Source: a bacterium | Lineage (GTDB): Bacteria > Patescibacteriota > Minisyncoccia > JAHIHE01 > DAOWLE01 | Direction: 5' to 3' | DNA: 57,570 bases | NCBI GenBank assembly: GCA_030643545.1 | Contig: DAOWLE010000022.1 | Span: 1 to 57,570, forward strand | Shown here: one piece after another, positions 53,940 through 57,570 of the stretch | Layout of the letters: every line of letters starts with the position of its first letter | Position numbering within the stretch: the first letter of the stretch is position 1 | Notes under the pieces: model-generated | Seen by the model: only the letters and a program-made list of their open reading frames with translations | Told to the model about the DNA's origin: nothing | The model's database searches: none | Position numbers and translations under genes: made by a program

Positions 53940-55784
53940 TCATTCCACAGTTACCGATTTAGCAAGATTACGAGGTTTGTCAATATCGCAACCTAATTCA
54001 AGTCCCATATAAGCGGAGAAAAGATGCAAAGGAATAACAGATAAAATCGGCGTGAGCATTTCCAAAGTTTTTGGAATGTAAATTACATCATCGGCGATTT
54101 TTTTTATTTCTTCGTTTCCTTCAGTGGCAATAGCGATTATTTTTCCTTTTCGCGCTTTAGTTTCCTCAATCGCGTTAATCATTTTTTCGTAAACCGAATC
54201 TGAAGGAACAATGAAAAGCGAAGGAAGATTTTCGTCAATTAAAGCAATCGGTCCGTGTTTCATTTCGCCGCCGGGATAACTTTCAGCATGAATATAATAG
54301 GCGATTTCTTTTAATTTTATAGCTCCTTCTTCGGCAATTCCTAAATTATATTTTCTTCCAAGAAAGAAAAAGTTTTTAAATTTAGAATATTTTTTAGCCA
54401 AGTTTTTAATTTGTTGGTCTTGTTTTAAAATTTTCTCCGCCAAGTCCGGCAATTTTTGAAGTTCCTGCCCGATTCTTCGTCCGGTTATCAAAGACATTTC
54501 TCTTTGTCGTCCTAAATATATTGCCAAAAGCGCCAAAACAGTTAATTGTGAAATGAATGCTTTAGTTGAACCAACGGCAATTTCTGGACCGACATGATTA
54601 TAAACTCCGGCTTCGGTTTCTCTGGACTGGGTTGAACCGACAACATTAGTAATTCCCAAAGTCAAAGCGCCTTTTCTTTTTGCTTCCCTAAGAGCAGCCA
54701 AAGTATCTGCTGTTTCTCCAGATTGAGAAATGGCCAATACGGCTGTTTTTTTATCAATAATCGGTTTGCGATAACGAAATTCAGAACCCATATCAACTTC
54801 AACTGGAATGCCGGCGTATTCTTCAATCATATATTCACCGACTAAACCGGCATAACGAGCCGTGCCGCAAGCAACAATAATTAATCGGTTGATTTCTTTT
54901 AATTTTTCAGTTACACTTTCCAATCCGCCTAACTTTGCCAAGCCGTCTTCGGGAATCAAACGGCCTCTAATGCTATTTTTAATTGCTTCCGGCTCTTCAA
55001 AAATTTCTTTAAGCATAAAATGAGAAAATCCGCTTTTTTGAATTTGCTTAACATCCCATTCTGTTTCTTGCGAAATTTTTTCTTTTTCAATATTATCAAA
55101 ACCAACAACTTTAAATCCATCCTTTTTAATTATTGCCATTTCTTCGTCGTCAAGATAAATCACTTGTTTTGTATAGCCGATAATCGCCGAAGGATCTGAA
55201 GCGATAAAATATTCATCTTGTCCAAGTCCGATAATAAGCGGACTTCCTTTGCGGACAGCAATAATTTTATCAGGTTCGTCCCGGGCAATAATTGCCAAAC
55301 CGTAAGCGCCTTCAATTTTTTCCAACGCTTGTCTTACCGCTTTTTCTAAATTCTGCCCGTTTTTTTTAAAATATTTTTCAATTAAATGCGAAATCACTTC
55401 GGTGTCGGTATCAGATTTAAATTGATGCCCTTCTTTTTCAAGCTGTTCCTTTAAAATTTTATAATTTTCAATTATTCCATTATGAGCCACCCAAATATTT
55501 TCTTCGCAATCAGAATGAGGATGAGCGTTTTTTTTGCTTGGTTCTCCATGGGTTGCCCAGCGGGTATGGGAAATTCCAATTGATCCTTTAAGCGGATCAT
55601 TTTTTCTTAATTCTTTTTCTAAAAGATTTATTCTTCCGTTCACTTTGATGGAATTAATTTTATTGTTTTTATCAATCACAGCCAAGCCAGCCGAATCATA
55701 ACCTCGGTATTCTAACTTTTTCAGCGATTCCAATAAAACTGGAGCCGCTTCATTTTTTCCAATATAACCGGCAATGCCACACAT
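53940..55784 (-). CDS. glmS: Glutamine--fructose-6-phosphate aminotransferase
   Basis: MCGIAG, LEYRGYDSAG, HTRWATHG, SQSGETADT, PRNLAKSVTVE. Confidence 0.98.
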   Translation of the reverse strand: MCGIAGYIGKNEAAPVLLESLKKLEYRGYDSAGLAVIDKNNKINSIKVNGRINLLEKELRKNDPLKGSIGISHTRWATHGEPSKKNAHPHSDCEENIWVAHNGIIENYKILKEQLEKEGHQFKSDTDTEVISHLIEKYFKKNGQNLEKAVRQALEKIEGAYGLAIIARDEPDKIIAVRKGSPLIIGLGQDEYFIASDPSAIIGYTKQVIYLDDEEMAIIKKDGFKVVGFDNIEKEKISQETEWDVKQIQKSGFSHFMLKEIFEEPEAIKNSIRGRLIPEDGLAKLGGLESVTEKLKEINRLIIVACGTARYAGLVGEYMIEEYAGIPVEVDMGSEFRYRKPIIDKKTAVLAISQSGETADTLAALREAKRKGALTLGITNVVGSTQSRETEAGVYNHVGPEIAVGSTKAFISQLTVLALLAIYLGRQREMSLITGRRIGQELQKLPDLAEKILKQDQQIKNLAKKYSKFKNFFFLGRKYNLGIAEEGAIKLKEIAYYIHAESYPGGEMKHGPIALIDENLPSLFIVPSDSVYEKMINAIEETKARKGKIIAIATEGNEEIKKIADDVIYIPKTLEMLTPILSVIPLHLFSAYMGLELGCDIDKPRNLAKSVTVE

Positions 55785-55848
55785 AAAAATTTAAAATTTA
55801 AAAATGGAGATAAAAACTTTCAAACTAAATTAAAATTAATCAAAAATA

Positions 55849-56493
55849 TTAAGGTTTTTTAGACCAAAAATGAACAATTTGTTCGTTAAATATTTTTTTT
55901 GGATAGGGTTTTATTTTAATAATTTTAAATCCTACTTGTTCCAGAATTTTTTTCATTTCTTCATTTGTATAATAAGCATAAAAACGAGGATTTTCTCCAT
56001 AAGATTGTGGATTTTTTTCAATCTTTTCGCTTATTCCAATTTTGAAATTAAAAGAAAATATTCCTGAAGATTTAAGTACTCGCATCACCTCTTTTAATAC
56101 TTTAGCAAAATCTTTTTTTGATACATGATAAATACAACCATTTGCCCAAATTCCATCAAACAAATCATTAGAAAATTCAAGATTTCTCATATCCATTTGA
56201 TGAAACTTACATTGTGTAAAAAGATTTTGCGCTTCTTTAAGCATACCTTCTGAAAAATCTATTCCTATCGCCGAGCATCCTTTTTGTTGAAAAAAATATG
56301 TATCTTTTCCATTGCCGCAACCTATGTCCAGAACTTTAGGTTTTGAAATTTTAATCATTAACAAAAATTTATTTAACAATTTTTTTTCAAATTCTCCAAC
56401 CCACGAATCCGAAATGAGTTTATTAATTTTAGATGAATAATCTGAAGATATTTTATTGTATGTTTCTTTTGTTTGTTGAGTAATGCCGTGCAT
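55849..56493 (-). CDS. Class I SAM-dependent methyltransferase
   Basis: VLDIGCGNG, GIDFSEGML, MDMRNL, FDGIWAN. Confidence 0.9.
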   Translation of the reverse strand: MHGITQQTKETYNKISSDYSSKINKLISDSWVGEFEKKLLNKFLLMIKISKPKVLDIGCGNGKDTYFFQQKGCSAIGIDFSEGMLKEAQNLFTQCKFHQMDMRNLEFSNDLFDGIWANGCIYHVSKKDFAKVLKEVMRVLKSSGIFSFNFKIGISEKIEKNPQSYGENPRFYAYYTNEEMKKILEQVGFKIIKIKPYPKKIFNEQIVHFWSKKP

Positions 56494-56506
56494 AATAAAA
56501 ATGAAT

Positions 56507-57570
56507 TTAAATTACAATATTTAAAAGTTTTCCTTTAACAAAAATAACTTTTTTAACTTTCTTTCCTTTTATCCATTTTATCACTTTTTTCCGTGATAAG
56601 GCAATTTCTTTTGCCTCCTGTTCTGAAATTTCCGCGTCAACTTCAATTTGGTCGCGGACTTTTCCGTTGATTTGAATAATTAAATTTATCTTTTCTTCTT
56701 TGATTAATTCCGGATTATACTTTGGCCAAGGTTCCTCAAAAATAGATTTAAACTGTTTTGAATTTTGCTTGCCCGTCGAAGTCCCTTCAAGAACGAAGGC
56801 GGGTTTTTTGAGTTTTTGATAAAGCTCTTCAGCAATATGTGGAGCAAAAGGCGACAAAAGTTTAATAAACAATAAACAGTGAACAGCGAACAGCGGTTTT
56901 TGCTTTTCCATTTCGTTTAACAAAATCATCAGCTGGGCAATAGCTGTATTAAATTTAAAATTATCAATATCCTCTGTAACTTTTTTAATTGTTTGATGGA
57001 GTAATCTTTCGTATTGCGTATTTTCTGTTTTTTGTTTTCTGTTCTTTGTTTCTTGAAACAGTTTCCAAACTCTTTCCAAAAATCTTCTCATTCCCACTGA
57101 TCCATCTGTATTCCAAGAAATTGTCTGCTCAAAAGGACCCATAAACATTTCGTAAAGCCGCAAAGCGTCAGCGCCGAATTTTTCAACGACATCATCGGGA
57201 TTAATCACATTTCCAAACGACTTGCTCATTTTTCGTCCATCTTCAGCCAAAACCATTCCGTGCGAAGTCCGTTTTTGATACGGCTCATCTTGCGGAACAA
57301 CGCCGATATCAAAAAGAAATTTATGCCAAAATCTGGAATATAAAAGATGCAAAGTTGTATGCTCCATTCCACCGTTGTAAAAATCAACCGGCATCCAATA
57401 TTTTATTTTTTCAAAATCAGCCAATGCTTTGTCGTTTTGCGGATCAAGATAACGGAGAAAATACCAGGAAGATCCGGCCCAATTCGGCATTGTGTCGGTT
57501 TCTCTTTTTGCCGCGCTTCCGCACTTCGGACATTTCACATTAACCCGTTTTGAAATATTTGTCAATGGCG
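56507..57570 (-). CDS. leuS: Leucyl-tRNA synthetase, C-terminal part (runs off the window)
   Basis: RETDTMPNWAGSSWY, GGMEHTTLHLLYSRFW, KMSKS, FGADALRLYEMF, QINGKVR. Confidence 0.96.
   Translation of the reverse strand, partial: PLTNISKRVNVKCPKCGSAAKRETDTMPNWAGSSWYFLRYLDPQNDKALADFEKIKYWMPVDFYNGGMEHTTLHLLYSRFWHKFLFDIGVVPQDEPYQKRTSHGMVLAEDGRKMSKSFGNVINPDDVVEKFGADALRLYEMFMGPFEQTISWNTDGSVGMRRFLERVWKLFQETKNRKQKTENTQYERLLHQTIKKVTEDIDNFKFNTAIAQLMILLNEMEKQKPLFAVHCLLFIKLLSPFAPHIAEELYQKLKKPAFVLEGTSTGKQNSKQFKSIFEEPWPKYNPELIKEEKINLIIQINGKVRDQIEVDAEISEQEAKEIALSRKKVIKWIKGKKVKKVIFVKGKLLNIVI

Noticed and set aside
55785-55848. glmS ribozyme
   Set aside because: Only about 64 bp of AT-rich sequence lies upstream of glmS, with no ribozyme core.

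Overview
AT-rich bacterial chromosome segment around the replication origin (parS x2, parAB, dnaA-oriC-dnaN-dciA). Gene content and style (type IV pilin genes, ComEC, VanZ, non-discriminating AspRS + gatC, tRNA-Ile(UAU), core genes almost all without Shine-Dalgarno sequences, many short palindromic repeat families) point to a Patescibacteria/CPR (Parcubacteria-like) genome; this taxonomy is an inference. Housekeeping content: smpB, tmRNA, infC-rpmI-rplT, dcd, a Xer-type recombinase, ruvC, a glycosyltransferase/glycosidase cluster, murJ, aspS, gatC, rluA, rplS, five intact tRNAs, an ABC exporter, nnrD, glmS and partial leuS. The most striking signal is a second, interspersed gene class. These genes have strong AGGAGG/GGTGA(T)-type ribosome-binding sites, many have near-consensus bacterial sigma70 promoters, and several have boxA-like leaders. 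The class includes proteins of archaeal type: TFB with altered B-reader, linker and BRE helix; a PCNA-like clamp; a Methanosarcina-like NikR lacking all four Ni ligands; and a euryarchaeal-type Upp. It also includes PyrE, PyrF, a NUDIX hydrolase, a GDPD and several small membrane peptides. TFB in particular has no partner machinery in a bacterium. The working hypothesis, untested, is a set of effectors aimed at an archaeal host, possibly delivered as mRNA for translation on host ribosomes. Other unusual features: TTGA-flanked inverted-repeat elements abutting -35 boxes, a tRNA-Val nested inside a split tRNA-Val, parS sites and palindromic repeats written in frame inside proteins, and a 25-residue tmRNA tag. 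All family assignments come from motif recognition by eye; no database searches were run.
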